Positions 38,400 to 50,481 of a DNA stretch of 64,000 nt are shown here, piece after piece. The position numbers were made by a program, and so were the translations under genes. The notes below the pieces were generated by a model. The model was given only the letters and a program-made list of their open reading frames with translations, searched no databases and was not told where the DNA came from. The first letter of the stretch is position 1. Every line of letters begins with the position of its first letter. Source of the stretch: Phaeosaccion multiseriatum (Eukaryota > Protista > Ochrophyta, other classes); contig OZ218956.1 in the NCBI GenBank assembly GCA_965112735.1, positions 3,782,001 through 3,846,000 on the forward strand, read 5' to 3'.

Positions 38400-41300
38400 C
38401 TCTCTCTTTCTATCGCACACTCTCCCTCTCCGTCTCACCCCCTGATGTTCTGTGGTCCTATCTGAATCCCCCCCCCTGCTGGACTCCACAAGGACGAGGA
38501 GGAGGTGGGCTTATTCGGTCCCTCCTGGACGCTATTCTCCCGCCACATCGGCTTCTCCTCCGTGTGGAAGGCAGGCATGACCCTCCTCGGGGTGGCCACA
38601 AGCCCGGGTACGTGCGTGGCTCGAGCCTTAGGGGGCCGGGCACTTGAGACTTGAGGGGAGGAGGTTAGTTACACTTACACTTCGTACGATGAGGCTCAGG
38701 CTGTGCTGTAGGAGATAAAATTACGATTGTGCTACCATTGAAGGGTGAAAAGTAAGACTTTGAGCCTGTGGGGTGGAGGCCCATTGAAGGGTGAAAAGTA
38801 AGGCTTTGAGCCTGTGGGGTGGAGGCCGAGGTGAGGCTCAACTCCTGCTGTCCCTCCCCCGCCACCCCACAGGCTCAAACATGTGGATCTCTACGATGGA
38901 GGCATATCGGCTAGAGGAGGAGCCTCGCTTCCGTTGGGGGGTGGTCTTGTTCTTCTCCTCCTACGCCTTCCTCACGCGCTTCCTACTGTGGAACCTGTTC
39001 ATGATGTGCCTTCTCTTCAAGTTCAAGATACATGGGAGGGACAAGGTAGGGAGGCGGGGGGCAAAGCCAGCATGCACGCATGCACGCACGCGCGCACGCA
39101 CGCACGCACACACACACACACACACACACGCACGTGCTGCCTCTCCATCTGCCTGTTCATATGCCTGCCCTGCTCATATATCTCCCCAGGTGGGTCTGGC
39201 GGTGCAGCAGCTGGAGCAGTTCCGCAGGGCGTGGCAGGTCGTGAGCTTCGACCAGACGGGCAAGCAGACGGGCAAGCAGACGGGCAAGCATATAGTTCGG
39301 CACATCGGCAGCCCCCTGGGGGGAGTCAGACCGAACCCCTTCAAGATCAGAGCGGGGCAGCTTGTGTGCTTCCTGCGCACGCTGTCTCCACCCCTGGGGA
39401 CGGGCCCTGCCTCAAGCGTGCTCGAAACTGAAGTGCTTGCTGAGAAGGTACTGTCATAGTATAGAGGGGAGGGGGGGCTGCAAGAGAGAGAGAAGGAGGT
39501 GTAGATAATATAGGGTCTGGGGTTTGGGCCGACATTGGCTCATCTCATCTCATCTCCTCTCCTCTCCTCCTTTCCATGTCACCAACTTCTCGTGTCAGGT
39601 GCTTGTGTTGATGGGCAGACATTGGGCCGCCCCCCTCGGGGAGTACTACAGCAGCAAGAGCACACACGCACGGGCAAGTACGACGCTCAGCGCCTTCCTC
39701 TCTCGCCCCTCCCTCCGCGACAAGCCGTTACGCTTCCGAGACGTGCTCGTAGCCGTACACAAGCTTCTGGTGTTCGGGCTGGTGTTACCCAATGAGAAGG
39801 AGACCAAGGAGAGGAGAGGAAGAGCCCAGGCCAATCTGTCTCTTCTCAAGCTTGCCGTGCACAGTTTCCTTGACAAGAAGGCGGGGGGCACAGGGGGTTT
39901 GGGGGGGGCGCAGCCCCGGAGGGGCATGACGGCGGCGCCGGGCGGGGCGGGGGCAGGACCTGCCGTGCCAAGATCAGAGGGTTGCAACAGCGAGGTAAGG
40001 GAGTGTAGTGCAGTGCAGTGCAGCAGAGGCCGGGAGGAATGGAGGGAGGGAGGGACGGACGGTACTGGCTGGATGGGGGGGCTGCGGCGGCGACTGCTAA
40101 CTGTGTCCCTAGATGACCAACTGCCACGGCTGGATGGGGGCTTGTCGGCCTGAGGTTGCATCTCGTCTCTCTGTCCTCTCCGAAGGCGAAACTGAGAATT
40201 GGCAAGCAAGTGCAAAACTCAAACTCCAACTCGCCCATCCCCGCTGCGCCCCTGCCCGTGCCCCTGCCCCATGCAATGCCCATATGACTGCCCACTCCCC
40301 CCACCTTTCCCCCGTCCCTGCCCCGTGCCCCGTGCCTCCTACCCCCCCCATCCACTGCCATCCGTCTGCCCCCCAGGCAATGCAGGAGATGTCTCTTCTG
40401 CGGCGCCAGAGCCCTTCTCACTACGAGCTGTCGAAGCGCTGCGCCGTACTGTTCCAGGGAGAGTTCTTGAGGTGGACAGAGGCCATCGATGAGGAGGGCC
40501 TCACGCACAAGTCAAGGAGGGAGGGGCAGTGCCTGTTGGCTGCCATCGCACGGGAGGTCAGTCAGTCAATCACTCACTCACTCAGTCAGTCAGTCAGTCA
40601 GTCAGTCAGTCAGCCCAGTCCTGACAGCCCTCGTCTCTTTCCCAGACTTACTGCCCCTCACTGACTTACTGTCCCTCACTGACTTACTGTTTCTCACTGA
40701 GCAGGTGTCTACCTCTGCCCTGCGAGAGGTGGTGGAGGGGCGGCTGTACGAGCGACACGTGGGGGACAGGAGGCAGAGGGCACGCTTCACGGCCGCCAAG
40801 AAGGCACACACCGCCCTCAAGGAGATCTACAACAGAGTCAAGCAAACGGAGGTAAGGGGACGGATGGGCAGGGGGCTTGGAGGCGTAGTATGGGCATGGA
40901 TGGAGGCGTAGTATGGGTATGGATGGGCATGGATGGAGGAGTATGGGCATGGATGGGCATGGATGGAGGAGTATGGGCATGGATGGGCATGGATGGGCAT
41001 GGATGGGCATGGATGGAGGAGTATGGGCATGGATGGAGGAGTATGGGCATGGATGGGCATGGATGGAGGATTATGGGCATGGATGGGCATGGATGGAGGA
41101 TTATGTCCATGGATGGGCATGGATGGAGGAGTATGGGCATGGATGGGCATGGATGGAGGAGTATGGGCATGGATGGGCGTGGATGGGCATGGATGGGCAT
41201 GGATGGAGGAGTATGGGCATGGATGGAGGAGTATGGGCATGGATGGGCATGGATGGAGGATTATGGGCATGGATGGGCATGGATGGAGGATTATGTCCAT

Positions 41301-44300
41301 GGATGGGCATGGATGGAGGAGTATGGGCATGGATGGGCATGGATGGAGGAGCATGGGCATGGATGGAGGAGTATGGGCATGGATGGGCATGGATGGAGGA
41401 TTATGCGCATGAGGCTTGGCGCTTGGGGCTTGGGCTTGAGCACTGGAAGGCACTGGAAGGCCACCCCTCTCACCCCTCTCCCCTCATCTCGTTGCCTCTC
41501 TCCCCCCTCAGGCTATGCACATCACCCCTACATGGGACGGTGCGACGCTCAGCACAACTCAGCGGATGCGGATACAGACACCGGGCTCTGGCGCCTCCCC
41601 CCCTTGGGCAAGGACCCCCCCCGGGGCAAAGGGTAAAGCCAAGGCCGCAAAGGGTTCCCTCCCCGGAGGTGGTGGCGATGATGTTGGGGGTGGTGTGGGT
41701 GTGGGTGTGCGTGCCATGTGTGGCTCTGCGTGCGGCGAGTGGCTCTTTCTGAGCTGCGATGACGCCGCTGTGAGGGTCTTTCGACGGCGGAAGCGCAAGC
41801 CGGACTACCAACTGACGCAGCGCCTCGAGGTGGGGGGGCAGTCATACGGACAGGGGCAGGGGCACGTTGGTGGGCCTGTTGGTGATACAGTAGCGGGGCC
41901 TGTGGGGCACTGCATGTGCTGCTCGGCGGAGGGCAAGCACGTGTGGGTGGGCTGTGAGGATGGCACCGTACGGCACTTTACGCAGGACCTGCGTGCCTGG
42001 AAGGACGCCCTGGCCAAGCAGCAGCAGGCGTATGGGCAGCAGAGGGCCGACCATGTGGGCAATTCCGGTCCTGACACCGGGGGCGGCAAGCATATGGGCA
42101 ACAAGAGACCGGCCCGGCCCGCCATCCCCTACCGAGCCGACAAGGTGGGCAAGGGGCACAGTGCGAGTGTGCGCTGCATGGCCCAGGCCTTGGAGAGGGG
42201 CCTGCTCTTTACGGGCGGGGCGGAGGGCTCAGTGAAGGTGTGGAAGTGCTCCAAGGGGGGAGGAAGCTCCCCCGCCCTCTCCTGCGATGTGTCCGGCGGC
42301 ATCGTGGGGGGCAAGCCTGTGCGCTGTCTCACGGTTTGGCAGCCCGAGCTGTCCGACGCGGTGCTGGCGGCGTGTCTGTCTGTGGATGACCAACTGGTGC
42401 TGGAGCCGCCGCGCTACCTCCTGGCTGGAGACGGGTTGGGCTTCTTGTCTGTGCTGCCCCTCCGCTCGGACGCGCGCTTCCTCACAGGACTCGACGTCTG
42501 GAGACCCATATACCGCCAGAAAGTCGCAGAGGGCGGTGGGCGCAGCAGCGGCGGCGGTGACGGCTTCACAGATGGCGAGGGCGTAACGGCTGTCGAGGTG
42601 GCGTGGGGCCGCATCTATACAGCGAGTGGCGACAACGGTACCATCCGGGTGTGGGAGGTGGAGTGGGACAGTCCGGAGTCGGACATCAGCAACCCCAGCG
42701 CCAAGGACAGTAGTCCCAAGGGCAGTCCCAAGGGCAGTCCCAAGGGCAGTCCCAAGGGCAGTCCCAAGGGTACTCATCATACCCATGAGGGCGCACCCTT
42801 GCCCCTCGTCGGGGGGGGGCTGTCGGGCCTCACAGGCATGACTCCGTCATCTGTGATCCGAGGGTTGACTCAAGTGGCGCTCATCTCCACGCACTCGGGG
42901 CCCGTCACGGCGCTGGTGGCAGGGGGAGGCTTCCTCTTTAGTGCGAGCGCGGACCTCTCCATCGTTACCTGGCACAAGCCGCTAGAGGACAAGCAGCAGC
43001 AGCAGCAGCAGCAGCAGTTGGTGGTACGACAGGAGAGGCGAGCTAGCGGCGATACAAGTAGTAATCTCGCGGCGGAGGTCAGCAGCCGAGGCACGGGATC
43101 TCCCTCTCCAAGGGCCCCTCCAAGGGCCGCGGGATACTGGCCTCAAAGTCCCGGGGGGGAAGGCTCGTCGCCGCGCCGAGGAGAAGACGAAGAAATGGAG
43201 AAGAAAGGAGAAGAAGAAAAGAAGGAAGGAATGGCGGCCTTCGCGCAAGCACTGTTCGACGCGTCCTCACCCTCGCCCACCCCCATACCCTCACCCGTGC
43301 CGAGCAGAAGAGGCAGCGCCACCTCCTCCTCCTCCGCCGGAAAGGGCTCTGGTCCTGTTACTCTGTCGCCATCTGTAACGTCGTCGCCAACCACGACCAC
43401 CAACACGCTACACGCCCCCCAGCCCGGCACCATCCTGCACGAGGAGACCGTGACGTGTATGCACGTGACGCGCGACGCATGCATCTCCGCCGACCTCAAG
43501 GGGACGGTCGTGGTGCGCCGCCCGGGCAAGTGGATACAGACCTACAACATACGGGTGAGTGAGTGAAGGAGTGAGTGAGTTAGTGAGCGAGTGAGGGAGG
43601 GAGGGATGGAGGGAGTGGGTGGGTTGGTGGGTGGATGATTGGGTGGGTTGGTGAGTGAGTGAGTGAGTGGGTGGGTGGGTGGGTGGTTGGATGGGTGGGT
43701 GGGATGGTGAGTGAGTGAGTGGGTGGGTTGGTGGGTGGATGAGTGGGTGGGTTGGTGAGTGAGTGAGTGGGTGGGTTGGTGGGTGGGTGAGTGAGTGAGT
43801 GAGTGAGCAAGCGAGCGGGGCCTTCCTTCTCGAGTCCTTTGTGAGCCCTTTTGTTGAGTCCTTGTGGGGCAGGGGAAGCACGTGTTGGGGGGACCCTCTC
43901 TCTTGCATTACGTATGTATGCATGTGTGTCTTATGTATGTCTACGTACATCTCTCTCCTCCTCTCACTCACTCACTCACTCACTCACTCACTCACTCACT
44001 CACTCACTCTCTCTCTCTCTCTCTCTCCCTTCTGTCTCTCTTTCTTGCTCTCCCTCTCTCCCTTGCCCCCCCTCTATCTCTTGCTCTCTAAGGTGATGCC
44101 CTCTGCAGCGGAGGTAGAGAGGCTCAAGCCCCTCGCCATAGAGACCCTTCGCGCCTACAAAGCAGCGGGGAGGGTGTCCACAGTCGGAGGAGTAGGCGGG
44201 CCCGGGGGAGGGACGGCAGGGGAGCGAGGCGGGGGAGGAGGAAGAAGCGGAGGAGGAGGAGGAGGAGGAGGAGGAGGAGGAGGGGGGGGGGGGCGGTGGA

Positions 44301-46293
44301 CGTGAAGGAGGGGGAGGGGGGGGAGAGGGGCCCGACGCGTCCTCAGGGCCTGCCATGAGCGCCACCGCACAGTCCATGCGGGTGCGTGACGGGGCGGTTA
44401 TGATAGAGGCGTATGGGGAGGGAGGGACGGAGGGACGGAGGGACGGAGGGAGGGAGAGGGGCGAAGAAGGCCCTTTTGCTGGAGTGTTTTCTTCGCCCGC
44501 ACACACACACACACGCCCGCACGCACACACACACATACACACAAGCACACCCATACTCCGTCCTACTTCTTCATCCGGACTCCCTACTCTCTCCTCCCGT
44601 CGATATCGCATTTCAATCTCCACCTATTCTCTCACCCCCACTGCCCCTCCCCACTCACATCCACTGCCATCCCGTCAGTTCCTGCTTGGTGCCCGTCAGC
44701 GGCGTGCTTTGGCACGAAAGTCGAGGGCCAAGGCTCACCGCGCGGCACTCGCGCTCAAGTACTCACAACAGACATATGGGCAGGGGCAGGGGCAGGTATA
44801 TGGGTCACTGGCCCACACGCAGCAGCCGCAGCAGCAGGATGCCACGCTTCATCGTCTCGCCTCTGGCACTGACGCTGGCCGTGAGTCTGCCTCTGAAACG
44901 GGCACTGAAACTGGCAACAGCATGATGGCCTACGACCCCCGGGCCACGCTCGTCAGCACCATGCACTTGCTTTCGGCCAGCGACAGTCACACGCAGTCCG
45001 ACAAGTCCTCCTTCAACTCGTTCGGCCAGCAGCAGGGGCAGCGCGGCTCAGGCCTGAGCTCCTTCCCCTTCCCGTCATCGGGGGTCTCCTCCTCCTCCCC
45101 CTCCTCTGGCGGCGGCGGAAGCGGGGGCGGGCCTTCCCTAGCCGCCTCGCAGACACTGCTGCTCAAGGCTCTGCATTTTGGGGGCGTTTTGGCGGGAGAC
45201 GGCATCGCGTCTACTGCCATCCCCCTCAGCATCGCCAAGAGAACCACACCTGATTTCCTCCGGCCAGAGAACGTGAGTGCTTAAGTTCGTTCTGGCCCAG
45301 CCGCGGAGGGGGAGGGAAGGGGGGACGTTCGATCGCTCCTTCGTCTCTGTCGCCCTTCAGCAGCACCTTTCATTCCATACCATTCCCTCTCACTCTCTCA
45401 ATCACCCACTCTCTCACTCTCTCACTCTCTCACTCTCTCACTCTCTCACTCTCTCACTCTCTTGCTCTCTCACTCTCTCACTCTCTCACTCTATCACTCT
45501 CTCACTCTCTCACTCTCTCACTCTCTCACTCTCTCACTCTCACTCTCTCACTCTCTCACTCTCTCACTCTCTCACTCTCTCACTCTCTCACTCTCTCACT
45601 CCATCACTCCATCACTCTCTCGCTCTCTCACTCTCTCACTCTCTCACTCTCTCACTCTCTCACTCTATCACTCTCTCACTCTCTCACTCTCTCTTCCCAT
45701 ACTTCGTATTGGCCGACTGACTGCGCTATCCTCCGTCCCTCCGTCCCTCCCTCCCTCCCTCCGTCCGTCCGTCCGTCCGTCCGTCCGTCCGTCCGTCCCT
45801 CCCTCCCTCCCTCCCTCCCTCCCTCCCTCCCTCCCTCCCTCCCTCCCTCCCTCCCTCCCTCCCTCCCTCCCTCCCTCCCTCCCTCCCTCCCTCCCTCCCT
45901 CCCTCCCTCCCTCCCTCCCTCCCTCCCGTCCTCCCTCTCTTTCCTCCCCTCTCCTCCCCCGCTCGCCCCCCCCCCCCTCCAGCATCCTGCCTACGACTCT
46001 TTCCTCGTTCACCCCGACATGTACACAGCCGAGCTCATGGCCTATCACTGGCCCATCCTGCCGCTCCAGCCATCCAAGTTGGTGATACAGAAGGCCGCCA
46101 AGCAGGGGGAGGCACTGGACGAAAGCCTTTCGATGACTGTTGCCCCCGGGATGCCGGACTGGAGTAAAACCCCCCGGGGGGGAGGCACCAGCCCCAGGAG
46201 GAATGACGAAACAAACCCCCCTGTTTACTCAATAGATACCCCCACGGAGGTAGGAGCGAAGGGAAGTTTGCCCTGCGCTACTGCCGGCTGCAG

Positions 46294-46327
<34 letters not shown>

Positions 46328-47592
46328 CCCTCTGTTTCTCTCTCTCTCGATCTCCCTGTCTCCTTCTCCCTCTCTCAGTCTCTCTCCATCTCCCTGCTTG
46401 TCGGCCTGCGACGCAGTCAGGCGGGCATGTGTATCGTCCTTGTTGTCAGGCCGTCTGCCCATGTATTTGTGCTGTGTAGAGTAGTCATCCTGCTACGTTT
46501 ACCCTTTCACCGACCCCTTCCGACCCCTTCCTTGTCCTGTCACCGCCCGTCACCCTCTTGCCGCGAATGGAACTTCACCCCATACAGACCCGAGGGGGGC
46601 GCGACCTCGATAGCCTGCGGGGTGGCAATCAGATGGGCAATCATATGGGCATGGCTGCTGGCAAGGCTCCGTCCCGGGGGGGCTCACGACCGTCGCCATC
46701 CTCCCTTCCGCGAGGTACTCCACAGGGAAGCGGACGGCGCCCACTGCCATCCAGAGTCGACGTGAGAGGTGTGAGGGGCGGAGAGAGAGGCGCCGCTGCT
46801 GCTGCTGGTGCTGCCCTAGGGGACCACTCGGCGGAGGATGAAGAAAGTGAGGCCGACAGTGACGAGGGAAGTGAGGAGAGCAGTGAGGAGAGCAGTGACT
46901 ACGAAGGGGAGGAAACAAGTGACGGGGACAGTGACGAAGCCAGTGAAGAGGAAGAAGAGGAAGGAGAGGCGCACTCCTCTCTGCGACCACCGCCCAAGCC
47001 CAAGCTCGAGAGAAGCATGAGCAGCACTTTTCGCAGCAGCCGCAGGTTTGGGAGGCGCGTTGGTGGTACTCCGTCTGAGGCGTCGTCGACAAGTTCAAGT
47101 TCAAGTAGTAGCTTCTCCAAGGCCCTTCTCGGGTTCTTCGGGGGGGCGACAGGGGGCGACAGAGGCAAAACGGATGCTAACGAGCCCCCAGCTGCTCACC
47201 GGCCTCTGTCGCGGCCTCGGCCTGCAGAGCGGATCCTTGGCGGGATTGGCGGGGGAGTGTTCACCCTGTCAGAGGGAGAGGACGAGGACGAGGACGAGGG
47301 CGACGAAGACTATTACGACAGTGACGACCAGAAGGAGGAGGAGGAGGAGGAGGAGGAGGAAGACAGTGACTATGAAGGGTATGAAGTTGGAGATGGATCT
47401 TCGCGAGTGAGCGATGACGGAACGGGGTCAGGGTCAGACTCCTCCGCGAGGTGTTTCCGAAGCGAGATGGGGTCCGCATTGGCCTTGGAGGAAGGGCTCG
47501 GGTTAGGGAGGGGCAGCGGGAGTGTTAGTGTTATGGGCAGCATGATTAGCGAGAGCGACGGGAGCGACGACAGCGGCGGCAGTCGCGGGTAG
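29378..47592 (+). CDS. Four-domain voltage-gated cation channel alpha subunit (Cav/Nav-like, divergent) with a C-terminal WD40-like region, ~3,200 aa. 23 predicted exons: 29378-29853, 30376-30502, 30681-30836, 31162-31970, 32345-32531, 33568-33881, 34281-34493, 35095-35544, 36168-36768, 37018-37623, 37847-37954, 38161-38280, 38493-38607, 38873-39045, 39190-39447, 39599-39994, 40377-40556, 40705-40851, 41512-43554, 44093-44381, 44679-45272, 45983-46249, 46588-47592
   Basis: Four S1-S6 units. S4 segments [39 protein letters not shown] and a degenerate fourth. Domain I WNWLD. Post-S6 QLEQFRRAW...LRTLSPPLG...LRFRDVL matches the Cav/Nav EF-hand-like tail. All junctions are phase-compatible except one frameshift in the G-run 44282-44293. 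Exons after 40851 are less certain. Confidence 0.85.
29865..30085. repeat. (TG)n degenerate microsatellite, channel intron 1 (similar tracts at 15997-16066, 30837-31070, 31971-32095)
   Basis: Visible dinucleotide arrays. Confidence 0.93.
32725..33545. repeat. Compound (CCACCCCT)n/(CCCT)n satellite, channel intron 5
   Basis: Alternating blocks of 8-mer and 4-mer units. Confidence 0.96.
34072..34263. repeat. 15-bp minisatellite (GACCACTCCTTCCGT)x~12, channel intron 6
   Basis: Head-to-tail units with point variants and no unique spacers. Confidence 0.95.
34736..35032. repeat. 10-bp minisatellite (GCCTCTGGAT)n with 60-bp higher-order periodicity, channel intron 7
   Basis: The 60-bp lines starting at 34741, 34801 and 34861 are near-identical. 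Confidence 0.93.
35545..35965. repeat. (GTGA)n and purine-rich (GGGA)n tract starting at the donor site, channel intron 8
   Basis: gtaagtgagtgagtgagt... Confidence 0.88.
40887..41411. repeat. 10-bp-unit minisatellite (GGATGGGCAT/GGATGGAGGA/GTATGGGCAT), channel intron 18
   Basis: About 52 tandem 10-mer units. Confidence 0.95.
43555..44030. repeat. (GTGA/GGGT)n at the 5' end and (CTCA)n/(CT)n at the 3' end of channel intron 19
   Basis: 43555-43806 and ~43962-44030 are mutually complementary repeat classes. Confidence 0.9.
45388..45940. repeat. (CTCTCACT)n followed by (CCGT)n/(CCCT)n, channel intron 21
   Basis: Visible tandem arrays. Confidence 0.93.
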
Positions 47593-47938
47593 AGATGGAG
47601 CAGATGGATTGACTTTCTTCAATGCATGGACTTGTGATTACATAGATTTGGCGTTTCCATGCCCATATGCCCATTCGTCTATTGGCCCTTCCATGCAAGT
47701 GAGAACACTGCAGTGAGGCAATAAGTGTCACCCACCCCCCGCCTCGGCCATGGACTTGATTTTTATTTTTTTACTGATTATGGTCGGTGCATACCATAAC
47801 CAGGTGAGCCCAGCGCCGAGGAGGGAGGGAGAAACTGACCCACACTATTACATAAAACAAAATTACATGGTCTCATTTCAATACATGCACGTTCCGCCCT
47901 CTCATGGCAGTGGAGGGGCCCTCCACCCCCGTCTCCTG

Positions 47939-50143
47939 CTACCCCCGCCATCTTCGGAGCCAGCGTCTCAGCAAACCTGTCTGTCTCCTCTCCAGTTCTT
48001 CCGTCTGCCTCCCCTCCGATGCTTCCTTGATGGCTTGCGTAGATGCTCTCCTCCTGTCCAAGTCTTCCTTGATGGTCATCTCAAAAGCCCTATGTATCGG
48101 AGAAATCATCTTGCTCCTCTCCTCCTCCCACAGCACATTGCTCTTAAGCAGGTACTGGAGACTGAGCTCTTCCTTCTCATCCGTCACATCATCAGGTAGA
48201 AGCTGCAGAGGAGACCCATGCAGCTTCTCCAGCACGCGCAGGCGGCAATCCTCGGCATCAAACCCTGCGTCATCCCAATCCTTACCCGGCACTTTCAGAA
48301 AAAGCTGCAAAGTCGACTCCTTGCGCAGCTCTAATGGTGGAGTCAAGTACCCCCGCCATTCCTCTCCGTGTGACCTCCAGGGCCTCCTTCAGAGTCTTTC
48401 CACTGCGGAGCCTGGAGTGCACTTTATGGACCTCCCCCGCATGCCCCCCCACCACATCCCACAGTTGTTTGAACTCATCTGCGGTAAAAAACTCGATGCG
48501 CTTGCCGTTTTCGAGACACTCCGCATCTCGCACGAGCTCCCTGCGCGCCTCTTCCTTGGGCCACAGCGTCACCTCTATGGCCTTCAACGACTCCGGCGAA
48601 GACTGCAAATACGGTTGGAGGTCGCCCCAGAGACACTCGCAGCTCTCCACGATCACAGGTACCCTAGAGGTTCCCTGCTTTCGATTCTCAAAAGTGGTGA
48701 ACAGAGCGTCAAACACAGCCTTACCTGCCGCTGTGCTACTGCCTTCGTCCACTGTGACCAGGTCCTGCACCTCCCTCACAATGTTTGTCTCTAACTCCTT
48801 CAGTAGCTCATTGTAAATGGTGACCCCAGGAAAAGCCTTCAAAAAGGTCTGAACAATTATAGCCGCGGCCAGGGGGATGGAAGAAGTATCGCCTGCGCTC
48901 AGAGAGCTTAGGGCTTTCGCCAGGAGCTCATCATCGTTGGCACTGATACCAGTCTTCAGCTGCGCCAAAACAGCCCTAAATTTTTCCATGCCTCCCTCCA
49001 TGATCTTGGGGACCATTTCCCCCAAGGTGGTACTAACGGCTCCGTCTTCGCCCACTCTCTGAACCTCTTTGAAGTATTCACTCCACGTCATGGAAGGAAG
49101 TGTCTCGAAGTCAATGTTGACCGTCTTTAGATCGATCTCCACCACCAGCCTCCCCTCTGCTCTCCACTCCTTGATGGCCTCCTGCATGGTGCGGGTCTTG
49201 CCCACCGACTTGCGGCCCCACACCATCAGGACTTGCCTCACCGGAGTCTCAAGCACGTACCCCTTCAGACCCTCAAGATAGGCGCCGTGGTTAATGCGGG
49301 GCAGCTCCTGCGTGCCTGATACAAAACGAACAAGAATCCGACGTCAGTGCGCAGTCATACAATAAGAGTCGCACGTTTGCTAGACTGGCACCTTCACGCT
49401 CTTTACCAGCAGCCTACGCCATGACTCGTACCTTTCCACCGCCTCGAGGGAGGCTCTCCATTATCGTGCTTCATGTACAGAGCAGAAGACACGCCACGAG
49501 TCGGACTTCGACATGGGCCACTCGCTACGGCCCGGCCCCTGTGGGAGTGCAGTGTTCTTGGGGCCTGCCACGCCGTATAAAGCCCAGCAGGGACGCTGGG
49601 AAGAAGCAAAGGAGCACAACACGGGCATGTGACACAGGGTGTGCGGGCAGGTCAGGCCGGCACAGCATGGGAATTCAAAGCCGACGAGACAGGAAGATAG
49701 CAGATGAGAGTACCAGAAGAAGACAGAGAGGAGCACAGACTGAAGGAGAGGGAGAGACAGGAAGAGAGAGAGAGAGCAACACGTGGAAGAGAATAATACC
49801 AAACGCCCATCACCGACACCACCTGCCCCAAAAGACCGTAAAACAAGCACTCGACTGCGTGGGCAGATACAAAGAGGGGATTCAAGAACAGAAAGAGACA
49901 GAGACAAACACAGCGAGAGAGAGACAGAGGAGAGAGACAGACGGGGCGAGAGAAATCTCACCTACCCCAACAAGCACCACCCATCACAATGCTGCTCTTA
50001 CCGTACTTCATGCTCCTGGTGGGAGCTTCGGCCGCGGGGGAGTGTGGCCCGCCAATGTGCAACGCCACCGCCGGTCCGCCGGAATGAAAGGCCAGCCCAA
50101 GGCGGGCTACCAACCCCAGCAGCAAAAGCATGAGCACCCGCAT
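47939..50143 (-). CDS. P-loop ATPase (archaeal-ATPase/STAND-like), frameshifted near 48300; main exon 49315-47939, upstream exon 49595-49432, probable signal-peptide exon from 50143; possible pseudogene
   Basis: Walker A VLMVWGRKSVGKT, Walker-B-like IVREVQ, strand VPVIVES and the GxP-equivalent LWDVVGGH. The C-terminus (LQYLLKSNVLW) is in another frame. I could not fully reconcile the 5' exon phases. Confidence 0.62.
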
Positions 50144-50481
50144 GCTTTTGGATGAAGTTGCTTTTGGACAAGGTGTCAAGCAAAGGGGCAAGAAAAAAAA
50201 CATGCCGCTTCCCCACACACAGTCACTCTTGCCTTCCCAATCTATATCCTCCTCCGACTACGATACCGGACCCGCTTCTTTCTATAAAGTTACCGGATGT
50301 CGGGCTGGATTTGGTGGGGGGGCGACATCAAAAAGAAGGGATGTCAAGAAGGGGGAGCAGAGCACATCATCATGCATGGGCCGGTGCGACGCATTTCATG
50401 ACTTACTGTACGGTCGTAACGGCGAACAAGGGAGGACGGGAGCAGAAGAAAGCGCTTAGAGCAGACAAAGAGGCACGGAGT

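Noticed and set aside
38737-38827. 45-bp direct duplication in channel intron 13
   Set aside because: Simple tandem duplication without terminal inverted repeats or coding signal.
48203-48284. Possible intron (gtaagg...ctgcag) that might resolve the ATPase frameshift
   Set aside because: Splicing it gives a stop within six codons; a 1-nt indel fits better.
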